Positions 48,463 through 59,439 of a stretch of DNA of 64,000 nt are shown piece after piece. The first letter of the stretch is position 1. Each line of letters opens with the position of its first letter. Position numbers and translations under genes: made by a program. Origin of the DNA: Clostridium celatum DSM 1785 (lineage in GTDB: Bacteria; Bacillota; Clostridia; Clostridiales; Clostridiaceae); contig NZ_KB291616.1 of NCBI RefSeq assembly GCF_000320405.1, positions 16,833 to 80,832 of the forward strand, written 5' to 3'. Under the pieces are notes generated by a model. That model did not search any database, was not told where the DNA came from, and was given only the letters and a program-made list of their open reading frames with translations.

Positions 48463-49581
48463 ATGACAGTTAGATATATTATAGACAAACTGTATAATAC
48501 AAGCTTTGCATCTAGAGAAGAATTAGTATTTTTATTAAATCATTTAACAAAAAAGGATAAGGAATATTTGACTGCAAAAGCTCATGAAGTAAGTTTAAAG
48601 AATTATGGAGATAAGGTTTATATTAGAGGGCTTATAGAATTTACAAATTATTGCAAAAGAGACTGCGTATATTGTGGAATAAGAGCTTCAAATAAGTTAG
48701 CAGATAGATATCGATTAACTTTAGAAGATATATTGGATTGTGCTGATATTGGTAATAATCTTGGATATAAAACTTATGTACTTCAAGGAGGGGAAGATCC
48801 TTATTTTACAGATGAAAGAATGGTAGAGATAATTACTGCTATTAAGAAAAGACATCCTAATAATGCAATTACATTATCTTTAGGTGAACGTTCTTATGAA
48901 TCTTATAAAATAATGTTTGAAGCAGGAGCTGATAGATATTTATTACGTCATGAAACTGCAAGTAAAAATTTATATGAAAGCCTTCATCCAAAAGCTAGTT
49001 TTGAAGAAAGAAGGCAATGTCTTTATAATTTACGAGAAATAGGTTATCAAGTTGGTTCAGGTTTTATGGTTGGTCTTCCAAAACAAAGCAATGAGGATTT
49101 AGTAGAAGATCTTATGTTTATAAAAGAGTTAAAACCACATATGTGTGGAATAGGGCCTTTTATCCCACATAAAGATACTCCATTATCAATGGAAATTGGA
49201 GGGTCAGTAGAAAAAACTACTACCATGATGTCTTTAATTAGACTTATGAACCCTAAGATTTTACTACCTTCAACTACAGCTTTAGGAAGTATTGATCCAC
49301 TTGGTAGAGAAAAAGGTCTTAAAGCTGGTGGTAATGTAGTTATGCCAAATCTTTCTCCAACAACTGTAAGAGAAAAGTATTCTTTGTATAATGGTAAGAT
49401 ATGTACCGGTGATGAAGCAGCTGAATGTAGAATGTGTATTGAAAATAGAATTAATAAAGCAGGCTTTACATTAGAGATTTCTAGAGGTGATAGCTTAGTT
49501 TTGAAAGATGATAATAGAACTGAAGAATTAGAAAAATATAAAAATATAAGTAAGGTAGATAATTTAACTTTTAAATTTTAA
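48463..49581 (+). CDS. hydE: [FeFe]-hydrogenase maturase HydE (radical SAM, biotin-synthase-like)
   Basis: CKRDCVYCGI radical-SAM CX3CX2C motif. BioB-like fold. ATG 48463 after AAGGAG. Followed by hydG and hydF. Confidence 0.85.
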   Translation: MTVRYIIDKLYNTSFASREELVFLLNHLTKKDKEYLTAKAHEVSLKNYGDKVYIRGLIEFTNYCKRDCVYCGIRASNKLADRYRLTLEDILDCADIGNNLGYKTYVLQGGEDPYFTDERMVEIITAIKKRHPNNAITLSLGERSYESYKIMFEAGADRYLLRHETASKNLYESLHPKASFEERRQCLYNLREIGYQVGSGFMVGLPKQSNEDLVEDLMFIKELKPHMCGIGPFIPHKDTPLSMEIGGSVEKTTTMMSLIRLMNPKILLPSTTALGSIDPLGREKGLKAGGNVVMPNLSPTTVREKYSLYNGKICTGDEAAECRMCIENRINKAGFTLEISRGDSLVLKDDNRTEELEKYKNISKVDNLTFKF

Positions 49582-49655
49582 ATGTTACCGGATTTTATGA
49601 TAGATTTAAATTTTTATATTAATATTATTTAAATGAATTTATGGGAGGAAAGAAT

Positions 49656-51032
49656 ATGTTTATTAATCATGAAGAGATATATAAATTATTAGAAGAAGGT
49701 AAAAATTCCTCTAAAGAAGAAGTAGTTGATATATTAAAGAAAGCAAGAGAAAAAAGAGGTATTTCTCATAAAGATATTGCTACGTTATTACAGTTAGATG
49801 ATAAAGAATTATTAGATGAAATGTTTAAAGTTGCTGGAGAGATTAAAGAGTCTATTTATGGTAAAAGAGTAGTTTTATTTGCTCCACTTTATATAAGTGA
49901 TTATTGTGTAAATAATTGTGTTTATTGTGGTTATAAAAAATGTAATAGCTTTAAGAGAAGAAAGTTAACCCAGAATGAAATAAGAGAAGAAGTTAAAATA
50001 CTAGAAAAAATGGGGCACAAGAGATTAGCATTAGAACTGGGAGAGGATCCAGTTAACGCACCTATAGATTATGTATTAGAAAGCTTAGATACAATATATA
50101 AAACTCAAGGAAAAGATGGTGAGATTAGAAGGGTTAATGTTAATATTGCCGCTACAACAGTTGAAAATTATAGAAAGCTTAAAGCTGCTAATATAGGAAC
50201 TTATATATTATTTCAAGAAACTTATCATAAACCAACTTATGAATTAATGCATCCAAACTCTTTAAAGTCTAGTTATGAATATCACTTAACTGCTTTTGAT
50301 AGAGCAATGGAAGCTAAAATTGATGATGTTGGTGGTGGAGTCCTTTTTGGACTTGCTGATCCAAAATTTGAAGTGCTTGCTCTTATGATGCATAATGAGC
50401 ATTTAGAAAAAGAATTTGGTGTAGGATTCCATACTATTTCAGTTCCAAGATTAAAACCAGCAGAAGGGGTAACATTAGAAAAATTCCCTAATTTATTAAG
50501 TGATGAGATGTTTAAAAAGGTTGTTGCAATAATTAGAATTGCAGTTCCTTTTACAGGAATAATAATGTCTACAAGAGAAACTGCAGATATTAGAAGACAA
50601 GCTTTAAAGTTTGGGGTAACTCAAGTAAGCTCAGGTTCTTCTACAGGAGTTGGAGGTTACAAATCAAGAGAGCAGGGAGAAAGTGTTGAACAGTTTAAAA
50701 CATCAGATGAAAGAACTCCAATTGAAGTTTTAAATTGGTTATTAGATGAAGGATATATTCCCAGTTATTGTACTGCATGCTATAGAAAAGGGAGAACTGG
50801 AGAAACATTTATGGGACTTGCTAAAACTGGAGAAATACAAACAATGTGTGAACCAAATGCTTTAATGACATTAATGGAATATGTTTTAGATTATGGAGAT
50901 GAGGATACTTGTAAAAAAGCTGAAAATATAATCTATAAAGAGGCTGAAAAAATTAATAATCCTAATATTAAAAAATTTATAACTGAAGGTATTGTAAAAT
51001 TAAAAGAAGGGCAAAGAGATTTATATATTTAG
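49656..51032 (+). CDS. hydG: [FeFe]-hydrogenase maturase HydG (radical SAM tyrosine lyase, ThiH-like)
   Basis: CVNNCVYCGY motif plus the C-terminal CTACYRKGRTGE auxiliary cluster motif. ATG 49656 after GGGAGG. Confidence 0.85.
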   Translation: MFINHEEIYKLLEEGKNSSKEEVVDILKKAREKRGISHKDIATLLQLDDKELLDEMFKVAGEIKESIYGKRVVLFAPLYISDYCVNNCVYCGYKKCNSFKRRKLTQNEIREEVKILEKMGHKRLALELGEDPVNAPIDYVLESLDTIYKTQGKDGEIRRVNVNIAATTVENYRKLKAANIGTYILFQETYHKPTYELMHPNSLKSSYEYHLTAFDRAMEAKIDDVGGGVLFGLADPKFEVLALMMHNEHLEKEFGVGFHTISVPRLKPAEGVTLEKFPNLLSDEMFKKVVAIIRIAVPFTGIIMSTRETADIRRQALKFGVTQVSSGSSTGVGGYKSREQGESVEQFKTSDERTPIEVLNWLLDEGYIPSYCTACYRKGRTGETFMGLAKTGEIQTMCEPNALMTLMEYVLDYGDEDTCKKAENIIYKEAEKINNPNIKKFITEGIVKLKEGQRDLYI

Positions 51033-51043
51033 AGGTAACAATT

Positions 51044-52231
51044 ATGAATAATACGCCAAATTCTAATAGAAAACATATAGCAGTCTTCGGAAAAACAAAT
51101 GCAGGAAAATCCTCATTAGTTAATAGTATTTTAGGTCAAAATGTATCTTTAGTTTCTGATATTGCTGGAACTACAACAGATCCTGTACTTAAAGCAATGG
51201 AACTTATTCCATTAGGACCAGTTTTATTTATAGATACAGCAGGACTTGATGATAAAAGTGAACTCGGTGAATTAAGAGTAAAAAAATCAAAGGAAATGTT
51301 AAAACGAGCTGATTTTGCTTTATATGTAATGGATGCTAATGATTTAGATTTTAATGCGTTTAAAAAAATGAAGCTTGAGTTTAAAAAATATAATATTCCT
51401 TATTTGTTAGTTATAAATAAAATAGATAATATATCTAAGGAAAATTTAAGATTAATAGAGAGTGATTGTAAAGATGCTTTATTTGTGTCAACTTACAATA
51501 GAGAAGGTATAGATAAATTAAAAAATGAAATTATCTCTAAAATAAAGGAAGATGAAGATGAATTACCTATAATAGGTGATTTAGTTCCCTATAATGGTAA
51601 AGTTGTATTAGTAGTTCCTATAGATTCAGAAGCACCTAAAGGAAGAATAATTTTGCCACAAGTTCAATGTATTAGAGATTGTTTAGATAATGGAATAAAA
51701 TGTTATACCGTTAGAGATACAGAGCTTGCTTCAGCTTTAGAAGATATAAAAGATATAGACCTAGTGGTTACAGACTCTCAAGCTTTTAAAAAGGTTAGTG
51801 AAATAGTTCCAAAGGATATTAAACTTACTGGTTTCTCTATTCTTTTTGCAAGGCATAAAGGGGATTTAGAATCTTTTGTTGATGGTGCTAAAAGTATTGA
51901 TAAATTAACTAAAGATTCGAAAATATTAATTTCTGAAAGTTGTACCCATAATGTGTCACATGAAGATATAGGCCGAGTTAAAATACCAAAATTACTAAAT
52001 AAATATGTAGGTCATCAATTGACTTATGAGTATAGAGTAGGACATGATTTTCCAGAAGATATTAGTAAGTATGATTTAATAATTCACTGTGGAGCTTGTA
52101 TGATAAATAGAAAGACTGTAGTTAATAGAGTGAATTTTTGTAAAGAAAAAGGTGTACCTATAACTAATTATGGAATAACTTTGGCATTTTTAACTGGAAT
52201 ATTAGATAGAAGTTTAGAATGTTTTAAATAA
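51044..52231 (+). CDS. hydF: [FeFe]-hydrogenase maturation GTPase HydF
   Basis: GKTNAGKSSLVNSILGQ P-loop and DTAG. C-terminal Cys residues (CTHNVSHED, HCGAC) for the cluster scaffold. Confidence 0.85.
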   Translation: MNNTPNSNRKHIAVFGKTNAGKSSLVNSILGQNVSLVSDIAGTTTDPVLKAMELIPLGPVLFIDTAGLDDKSELGELRVKKSKEMLKRADFALYVMDANDLDFNAFKKMKLEFKKYNIPYLLVINKIDNISKENLRLIESDCKDALFVSTYNREGIDKLKNEIISKIKEDEDELPIIGDLVPYNGKVVLVVPIDSEAPKGRIILPQVQCIRDCLDNGIKCYTVRDTELASALEDIKDIDLVVTDSQAFKKVSEIVPKDIKLTGFSILFARHKGDLESFVDGAKSIDKLTKDSKILISESCTHNVSHEDIGRVKIPKLLNKYVGHQLTYEYRVGHDFPEDISKYDLIIHCGACMINRKTVVNRVNFCKEKGVPITNYGITLAFLTGILDRSLECFK

Positions 52232-52303
52232 TTAATCATGTTCAAGATCTAATTTTATTAGATAAATATACTTATTCTATTTTAAGTAGAAATTTATAAG
52301 TTA

Positions 52304-52352
52304 ATAGGCTATTACTAAATTAATTTTATTAGTTTAGTAATAGCCTTTTATT
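52304..52352 (+). terminator. Rho-independent terminator after hydF
   Basis: AGGCTATTACTAAA...TTTAGTAATAGCCT followed by TTTTATT. Confidence 0.6.
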
Positions 52353-52448
52353 AATTGTATTCTAATAGCCATTATATGAACATAATGAAGAATATAGTTA
52401 ATATTAGGATAATATACTTAATATAAAAATATACTATTTGGAGGTAAT

Positions 52449-54521
52449 ATGGAGGTATATATTAGAGTTGCTATAATAGCAGTGGCAGTTATTATTGGTC
52501 TATTATTCTTATTTTGGTTAATAGGTTTAAGAATTATAGACAATGATAAGGTTGGTATAGTAGAAAAATGGTGGAGTACTAAAGGATCATTAAATGAGCA
52601 AATTATTGCTTTAAATGGAGAAGCAGGCTATCAACCTGAATTATTAAGAGGTGGTATGCATTTTAGAACCCCATTAATTTATAAAATACATGTTGTGCCA
52701 TTAGTTACTATACCACAAGGTAAAATAGCCTATGTATTTGCTAGAGATGGTAAGCCACTTAACCCAACACAAACCTTAGGTAAAGTTGTTCAAGAAAGTA
52801 ATAACTTTCAAGATGTTAGAGGATTTTTAAATAATGGTGGTCAAAAAGGACCTCAAAGGGGAATTATACGGGAAGGTACTTATGCTTTTAATCTAGCACA
52901 GTTTGTAATTATTACAGATACAGTTACTTATTGTTTAAAAACTGGTACTAAAGCAGAGCAAGAAACATTAAAAGCAATGGCAAAGCTTATTCATGAAAGA
53001 AAAGGTTTTGAGCCAGTTATTATTAAAGGTAATGAGGACTTAGTTGGAATAGTTACTGTGCATGATGGACCATCCTTAGGAGGAGAAAATATAATTTCTC
53101 CTACAGTTGCTGATGATGCACAAGATCCTAATTATCATAATAACTTTCAAGATATTGATGCATTTTTAAGGGCAGGCGGATTTAGAGGAAGGCAATATCA
53201 AGTATTAGCAGATGGTACTTATTTTATAAATAGATTATTTGCAACTATTGAATATATACCTAAAGTAATAATTCCAGTAGGTTTTGTTGGAGTTGTTGTT
53301 TCATATACAGGTTCTAAAGGAGAGGATTTTTCAGGAGTCGATTACAAACATGGAGAGCTTGTAAAAAAAGGTTATAGAGGTGTTTGGAATGAACCTTTAA
53401 TGCCAGGAAAATATGCTTTTAATACTTATGCTGGTAATATTATTAAGGTTCCAACTACCAATGTAATATTAAAATGGATTTCTAATCAAATTGGAAATCA
53501 TAAATATGATGAAAATCTTAAAGAAGTAAGCTTAATTACAAAAGATGCTTTTGAACCTAATTTACCTTTATCTGTAGTATTCCATATAGATTATAGAAAG
53601 GCACCACTTGTTATTCAAAGATTTGGTGATATTAAAATGCTTGTTGATCAAACTTTGGATCCTATGATATCAGCATACTTTAAAAATGTTGGACAAACTA
53701 AGACTTTAATACAATTAATTCAAGAAAGAAATGAAATTCAAGCTCAAAGTTCATTAGAAATGAAAGAAAAATTTGAACATTATAATTTAGAACTTGAAGA
53801 AGTATTAATAGGTACTCCAGCAAGCCCAAAATCAGGTAATGAAATAGAAACTATCTTAACTCAATTAAGAAGTAGACAAATTGCAAGAGAAAAGCTTCAA
53901 ACTTATGAAACACAACAAAAAGCTGCTGAAAAGGAAAAAGAATTAAGAGAAGCAGAAGCTGTTGCAAAACAACAAACTACTTTAACTGAATCAGATATTA
54001 ATATAAAAATTCAAGAGAATCAAGGTAAAGCAGAACTTATGAAAGCTAGACAAGATGCAGAAAAAATTCAAAAACTATCTGAAGCTGATGCTTATAAAGT
54101 AAAAAAAGAATCTGAAGCTGAAGCTTTTAAAATTAAAATTACAGCAGAAGCTGAGGCGGATAAAGAAGCTAGAGTTGGTATTTCAAAAGCTATTGCTGCA
54201 AAGGAACAAGTTAATGCTTATGGTGGACCACAATATAAAGTTATAAGTGATGTTATGTCATCTTTTGCAAATGCAGTTAAAGAAGGTAAAATTGATATAG
54301 TGCCTAAGACTTTAGTTAATGCTAATAGCGATAAAGAAGGTTTAGGGGTAAATGCTTTTGAATCTATGTTAATGCTTTTATTAAGTGAAAAACTATCAAC
54401 AGAAGAAGTAAATGAAAATATAGATACACCAGAAGAAATTAGAAAGTTAAGAGATGAAATTTTAAAAGAAATATCTAAAGTAAAAGATTCTAGTAATGAA
54501 GTTGAACCTACAAACAAATAA
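52449..54521 (+). CDS. Flotillin-like SPFH/Band-7 domain protein (FloT/YuaG-like)
   Basis: N-terminal TM, an SPFH domain, then a long coiled coil with Glu/Ala repeats (AEAEADKEARVG). 690 aa. Confidence 0.8.
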   Translation: MEVYIRVAIIAVAVIIGLLFLFWLIGLRIIDNDKVGIVEKWWSTKGSLNEQIIALNGEAGYQPELLRGGMHFRTPLIYKIHVVPLVTIPQGKIAYVFARDGKPLNPTQTLGKVVQESNNFQDVRGFLNNGGQKGPQRGIIREGTYAFNLAQFVIITDTVTYCLKTGTKAEQETLKAMAKLIHERKGFEPVIIKGNEDLVGIVTVHDGPSLGGENIISPTVADDAQDPNYHNNFQDIDAFLRAGGFRGRQYQVLADGTYFINRLFATIEYIPKVIIPVGFVGVVVSYTGSKGEDFSGVDYKHGELVKKGYRGVWNEPLMPGKYAFNTYAGNIIKVPTTNVILKWISNQIGNHKYDENLKEVSLITKDAFEPNLPLSVVFHIDYRKAPLVIQRFGDIKMLVDQTLDPMISAYFKNVGQTKTLIQLIQERNEIQAQSSLEMKEKFEHYNLELEEVLIGTPASPKSGNEIETILTQLRSRQIAREKLQTYETQQKAAEKEKELREAEAVAKQQTTLTESDINIKIQENQGKAELMKARQDAEKIQKLSEADAYKVKKESEAEAFKIKITAEAEADKEARVGISKAIAAKEQVNAYGGPQYKVISDVMSSFANAVKEGKIDIVPKTLVNANSDKEGLGVNAFESMLMLLLSEKLSTEEVNENIDTPEEIRKLRDEILKEISKVKDSSNEVEPTNK

Positions 54522-54652
54522 CAAAAATAATACTATTCAAACTTATATTTAAATAAAGTTATTTAATTTAAGATATAAGAATTACACTTAATATTAGGTA
54601 ATTTTTATATCTTAAATAATCACTACTATAAATATTATTTTAATAACTATAT

Positions 54653-55417
54653 TTAAATAATATTTATATAATATTCTTTAAGTGAAGAAATAATAGACTC
54701 ATCAGGTAATTTATCTGTAATTATTCCATAGAAATCTAGTAAATTAGAAAATTTAAAAGCACCATTTCTTTCAAATTTTTCATTAAGCATAACTAAAAAC
54801 AACTTATCAGATATATTAGTTATAGCTTTTTTGGTAGCAGCATCTTCTGATTTAGCAGTACTTATAGTACCATCTCTAAGATCTACTCCAGTACATCCTA
54901 TAAATGCTTTATTACATCTATAGTTTTTTATTTGCTCAATAGCATGAGATCCTATAGTCCCACCAACATATGGATCATAATCTCCACCAATAAATATAAA
55001 CTTTGTTGCTAATTCTGTAGTAATTAATGAAGAAATTTCAAACATATTTGTTATTACATTTAAATTCATATTATTTTGAACTATTAATTTAGCAATCATG
55101 AAAGAAGTTGTTGATGAATCTAAAAAAATAGTGTCATTATCAGATAATTGCTCAAATGCTTTTTTAGCAACTGTTTCTTTTAAATCAATATTTTCAATTA
55201 TACGATTACTAAAACTTTTTATTTTAATACCACTATCATTTATACTTATAGCTCCACCATAAGTTCTACGTAATAAGTTTTTCCTTTCTAAAACCTTTAA
55301 GTCTTTTCTTATCATACTTTCACTTACATTAAATTCTTTACTTAAATCTTTAACAAGTATTTTACCATTTTCATTAAGTAAATCTAAAATATATTTATGA
55401 CGTTCTTCAGTAAACAT
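54653..55417 (-). CDS. DeoR family transcriptional regulator
   Basis: N-terminal HTH ERHKYILDLLNENGKILVKDLSKEFNVSESMIRKDLKVLE. C-terminal sugar-phosphate-binding domain. Confidence 0.8.
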   Translation of the reverse strand: MFTEERHKYILDLLNENGKILVKDLSKEFNVSESMIRKDLKVLERKNLLRRTYGGAISINDSGIKIKSFSNRIIENIDLKETVAKKAFEQLSDNDTIFLDSSTTSFMIAKLIVQNNMNLNVITNMFEISSLITTELATKFIFIGGDYDPYVGGTIGSHAIEQIKNYRCNKAFIGCTGVDLRDGTISTAKSEDAATKKAITNISDKLFLVMLNEKFERNGAFKFSNLLDFYGIITDKLPDESIISSLKEYYINII

Positions 55418-55589
55418 TTTAAAACTCCTTTATATATGTTATATTATATTATTTTATTCTTTTATTCTTTGTATAAATGTAGCAATTAATTCCTATTTAT
55501 TCTCATTCTATTATAAAATTATAATATAGTCAATTGACAGCAGGTAGTAAGTGGGATAAAATAGGAATGAAAAGGAATGGAGGGATTTC

Positions 55590-56381
55590 ATGAAAAAAGC
55601 TATATTTTTTGATATTGATGGAACATTAATTGAGTGCTTCGGTGGAATAGTTGATATGTCTGAAAAAGTTAAAAATGCAATTTACTCATTGCAAAAAAAA
55701 GGTCATTATGTTTTTATTGCAACAGGAAGACCTTATGCATTTTTAAGCCAAGCTATATTAGATTTTGGTTTTGATGGATTTATACTAGCAAATGGCGCTC
55801 AAGTAATGTTAAATAATGAAATTATTCATAGTGAATATATTGATAAAGGTTTTCTAAATGACTTAGTAGAAGAGTTTGAAGAGCTAAATATTCAATATAT
55901 TTTACAAGATAAGAAGTATTCTTATCTAAAGGAAGAATTTAAAGAGTTTTATAATTTCTTTGAAAGTGTAAATGTTTCTACAAACTTATTTATAAGAGAT
56001 TATGTATTTGAAGATATAAATGCTTATAAAATAGAAATGTTATGTCCTAATGAAGAAGTTGCAAACACATGCCTTGAAATAGTAAAGAGAAATGAAGATT
56101 ATGATTACGTTAGTAGTATAGATGCAAAATCATTTGAACTTTACTCAAAGAAAAATACTAAAGCAACTGCAATATTAAAGGTTTTAGAACATTTGGATAT
56201 TGATATAAAAAATAGTTATGCTTTTGGTGATGGAAAAAATGACATAGAAATGCTTTCAACAGTTGGTTGTGGTATAGCTATGGGAAATGCTTCTGATGAA
56301 GTTAAAAAATATGCTAAAGAAATTACTGATACAGTATTTAATGATGGTGTAGCTGTAGGAATTGAGAAGTTTATACTTTAA
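55590..56381 (+). CDS. Cof-type HAD-IIB sugar phosphatase
   Basis: FFDIDGTL, ATGRPY and GDGKNDIEM motifs. Confidence 0.8.
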   Translation: MKKAIFFDIDGTLIECFGGIVDMSEKVKNAIYSLQKKGHYVFIATGRPYAFLSQAILDFGFDGFILANGAQVMLNNEIIHSEYIDKGFLNDLVEEFEELNIQYILQDKKYSYLKEEFKEFYNFFESVNVSTNLFIRDYVFEDINAYKIEMLCPNEEVANTCLEIVKRNEDYDYVSSIDAKSFELYSKKNTKATAILKVLEHLDIDIKNSYAFGDGKNDIEMLSTVGCGIAMGNASDEVKKYAKEITDTVFNDGVAVGIEKFIL

Positions 56382-56579
56382 GTAAAAGTATTTTTGTTTG
56401 ATATTTTAGTAGTAACTTTTTATTAGTTTTAAATATATTATAAACTAAAGAACCTGTACATAGGAGAGAGTTAAGTAAGGTAAGCAGTTATGTTTATAAT
56501 TATAATATAATTAGCGAAGAAGGATTAAGTGAATTTTTCATATAAAGGATGGCTATTAAGCTCATCCTTTATATTTTAT

Positions 56580-57611
56580 TTAAAGAATGTCTTGAGGCAT
56601 AACAATAAGCGTTTCATTCAATATTTCCACTAAAGTTTCTTTCTTTACATTAGAGGATGATAAAAGTTGTTTAAATTTTCTACTTCCTTTTTGCCCTTGA
56701 AATAAACTTTGAAGTGGAGCAGCTAAGGAATGAACATTACTTCCTTTTTCAAGTTCTTCTTTAACATAAGGAATATATGATTTTATTATTTCACCTCTTG
56801 AAATAATTTTAGCATTTTTATCATTAATCCTATTTAAATTAGCTAAAAGATAACAATCTTCATAAGAAGCTCTACCTATCATGACTCCATCAACTTTAGT
56901 AAGAGCATCACTAATTGATTCTAGTGTTTTAAATCCACCATTAATTTCTATATTTAAATACTCAAAATCTTTTTTTAATCTATAAACCATATCATAATCA
57001 AGTGGAGGAATTTCCCTATTATCTTTTGGACTTAAACCTTTTAAAATTGCAGAACGAGCATGGACTGTGTATCTATCTGGTCTTGCTTTAGAAACAGTAT
57101 CTAAAAACTCTAATAAATCTTCGTAACCTTCCATTATAATTTTATTATTTTTACCTTCAATTACATCAGTTCCATCAATACCTATTCTATGTTTTATAGT
57201 TACTGGCTTATTAGTTGCTTCCTTCATAGCTGAAAGAATTTCATAAACTAAGTTTTTATCTGCCATTAATGCTGCACCCATTAAATTTCCTGATACTCTA
57301 TCTGATGGACAGCCACAGTTTAAATTTATTTCAGAATAATTATAACTTTCAGCAAGTTTAACAGCTTTATATGCATCTTCAGAACTAGACGCTGCTATTT
57401 GTAGAGCAACAGGACCTTCTTCTTCTCTAAAGTAAAGAATTCTATCTAAATCCCCATTAATTATTGCTTGAGCTGTAACCATTTCTGTATAAAGGAGAGC
57501 ACCTTTATTCATAAGCCTACAAAAATATCTAAAATGTCTATGTGATTTATCTACCATTGGAGCAATGCTTATTTTAGGTGTTTGTATATTTGAAATATAT
57601 TTTTCCATCAT
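56580..57611 (-). CDS. tRNA-dihydrouridine synthase (Dus family)
   Basis: IAPMVDKSHRHFRYFCRL...TEMV N-terminal motif. NLNCGCP catalytic Cys motif. Confidence 0.8.
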   Translation of the reverse strand: MMEKYISNIQTPKISIAPMVDKSHRHFRYFCRLMNKGALLYTEMVTAQAIINGDLDRILYFREEEGPVALQIAASSSEDAYKAVKLAESYNYSEINLNCGCPSDRVSGNLMGAALMADKNLVYEILSAMKEATNKPVTIKHRIGIDGTDVIEGKNNKIIMEGYEDLLEFLDTVSKARPDRYTVHARSAILKGLSPKDNREIPPLDYDMVYRLKKDFEYLNIEINGGFKTLESISDALTKVDGVMIGRASYEDCYLLANLNRINDKNAKIISRGEIIKSYIPYVKEELEKGSNVHSLAAPLQSLFQGQKGSRKFKQLLSSSNVKKETLVEILNETLIVMPQDIL

Positions 57612-57681
57612 TTGTTTCCTTTCAATATATAATTAATTAGTTTTAATTATAACACATAAACATTTAATGGTCTGTATCTTA

Positions 57682-58251
57682 TTAATTAAACTCACTAGTA
57701 AACGTATGTCCTTTTGTTATTGATATTATTCTTTTAGCTATAATTGAACTTACAATACATGATGCAGCATCTCCTGGAATAAATACAAGACAACAATAGA
57801 ATACTACTGCACTTACTGTAATAGGTGAATTTAAATAATAATTAGCTATAACATAGTAATATGTCATTCCTATAAGATAAACTATTGTAAGACCAATAAA
57901 ACTTGCTATTAATAAAGTTTTTAATGAAGAATTTTTCTTTCTATGTGCAATATACCCAGTAATATATGTTCCAATTAAAAATCCTATAAGATAACCAAAG
58001 GTTGGTTGAAAAATATAGCTTGGGCCACCACCTTGAGTAAAAACTGGAAGACCAACTAAACCTATAAGTATATATATTCCAACGGAAATAGCACCAAGTC
58101 TTGGACCAAGTAATAATCCTGCTAATGTAGTAAATAGAACTTGTAGTGTAAAAGGAACTACAGGAATTGGAATTTTAATAAAAGCACCAACTGCAATTAA
58201 CGCAGCAAAAAGTGAACATAATATAAGTGATTTTGTATTTAATTTATTCAT
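57682..58251 (-). CDS. bioY: Biotin ECF transporter S component BioY
   Basis: 189 aa, 6 TM. FTLQVLFTTLAGLLLGPRLGAISVGIYILIGLVGLPVF is typical of BioY. Confidence 0.85.
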   Translation of the reverse strand: MNKLNTKSLILCSLFAALIAVGAFIKIPIPVVPFTLQVLFTTLAGLLLGPRLGAISVGIYILIGLVGLPVFTQGGGPSYIFQPTFGYLIGFLIGTYITGYIAHRKKNSSLKTLLIASFIGLTIVYLIGMTYYYVIANYYLNSPITVSAVVFYCCLVFIPGDAASCIVSSIIAKRIISITKGHTFTSEFN

Positions 58252-58252
58252 A

Positions 58253-59232
58253 TTAATTTATCCCCCTAATAGTTACTTCACCAGAATTTAAAATTTTAAT
58301 AGATCCATCATCATGTTCTACAATTAAAGAACCATCATTGTTTATATCAATAGCTTTTCCATTTAAAGATATTCCAGCTGAAGTATATTGAATATTCTTA
58401 TTTAAAGTAATACTTCTCTTTTTATACTCAGTTATAAAATCATAGCTTTTTATTTTAGGAATCATAGTTAAAATATTGTTTATTATTTCAGCACAAAGCA
58501 TATTTCTAGTAACACCATTGCTATTTCCTTTGAAAATTGATCCAGCAATTTCTTGAAGTTCTTTTGGAAAATTATTTTTAGGAATATCAAAATTAATTCC
58601 TATTCCTAAAATTAAATAATCAATAGTTCCACTTTCAAAGTTAGTTGAAGCTTCTGTTAATATACCTCCAACCTTTTTATTATCTATAAAAATATCATTA
58701 TCCATTTAATTTGACTTTGTACATTAGTAACTTTATAAATTGCGTTACATATAGCAACACATGAAGAAGTTGTAATTAATACAGAATCCATTGCAGTTAA
58801 GTTAGGTCGTAAAATCATACTCATATAAATACCAGTATTAGCAGGAGAGTAGAAGCTTCTTCCTAATCTACCTTTACCTGAAGTTTGTTCTTCTGAAATT
58901 ATAGTAGTTCCATGTTTTGCACCAGTCAATGCAAGATTTTTAGCTAATTCATTAGTAGAAGTTATTGTTTTATGGCTATATATTTCTATATCTGATAATT
59001 CTTTATTTAAATATAGAGCTATACCTTCTTTAGAAATAATATCAGTATCAGTTGCTAATGAATATCCTTTATTTGTAACGGCATTAATAACATATCCCTC
59101 ATTTCTAAGTGCATTGATAGCTTTCCAAATTGAAGTTCTTGATAAATTAAGAGTGTTTGCTATATAAGCACCTGAAATAGTTTTTCCTTTGTTCTCTTCT
59201 AAAACTTTTAAAACACTATTTTTTAATAACAT
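58253..59232 (-). pseudogene. birA: Biotin--[acetyl-CoA-carboxylase] ligase/repressor BirA, interrupted by a -1 frameshift near 58700-58702
   Basis: N-terminal ORF (58684..59232) carries the HTH plus GRLGRSFYSPANTGIYMSM. C-terminal ORF (58253..58705) begins MDNDIFIDNKKVGGILTE. The expected contiguous sequence IKW-(P/D)NDIF requires one extra nucleotide after TGG. Confidence 0.7.
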
Positions 59233-59439
59233 AAATTACCTCCTTAAAGATAGTATATTGATTGTAAAATATTTTGTCAATCAAAATATTTTTAAAGGTT
59301 GACAATCCTTTTAATCCTTCTAAAAAGATAATTATTATATGGAATAATACAATAAAACTACTAGTAAAAATAGAATATAAAATATTTAAATTACTATTAT
59401 TTTAGAGATTATGAATGAAAGGATTTTTTATATTAAGGT

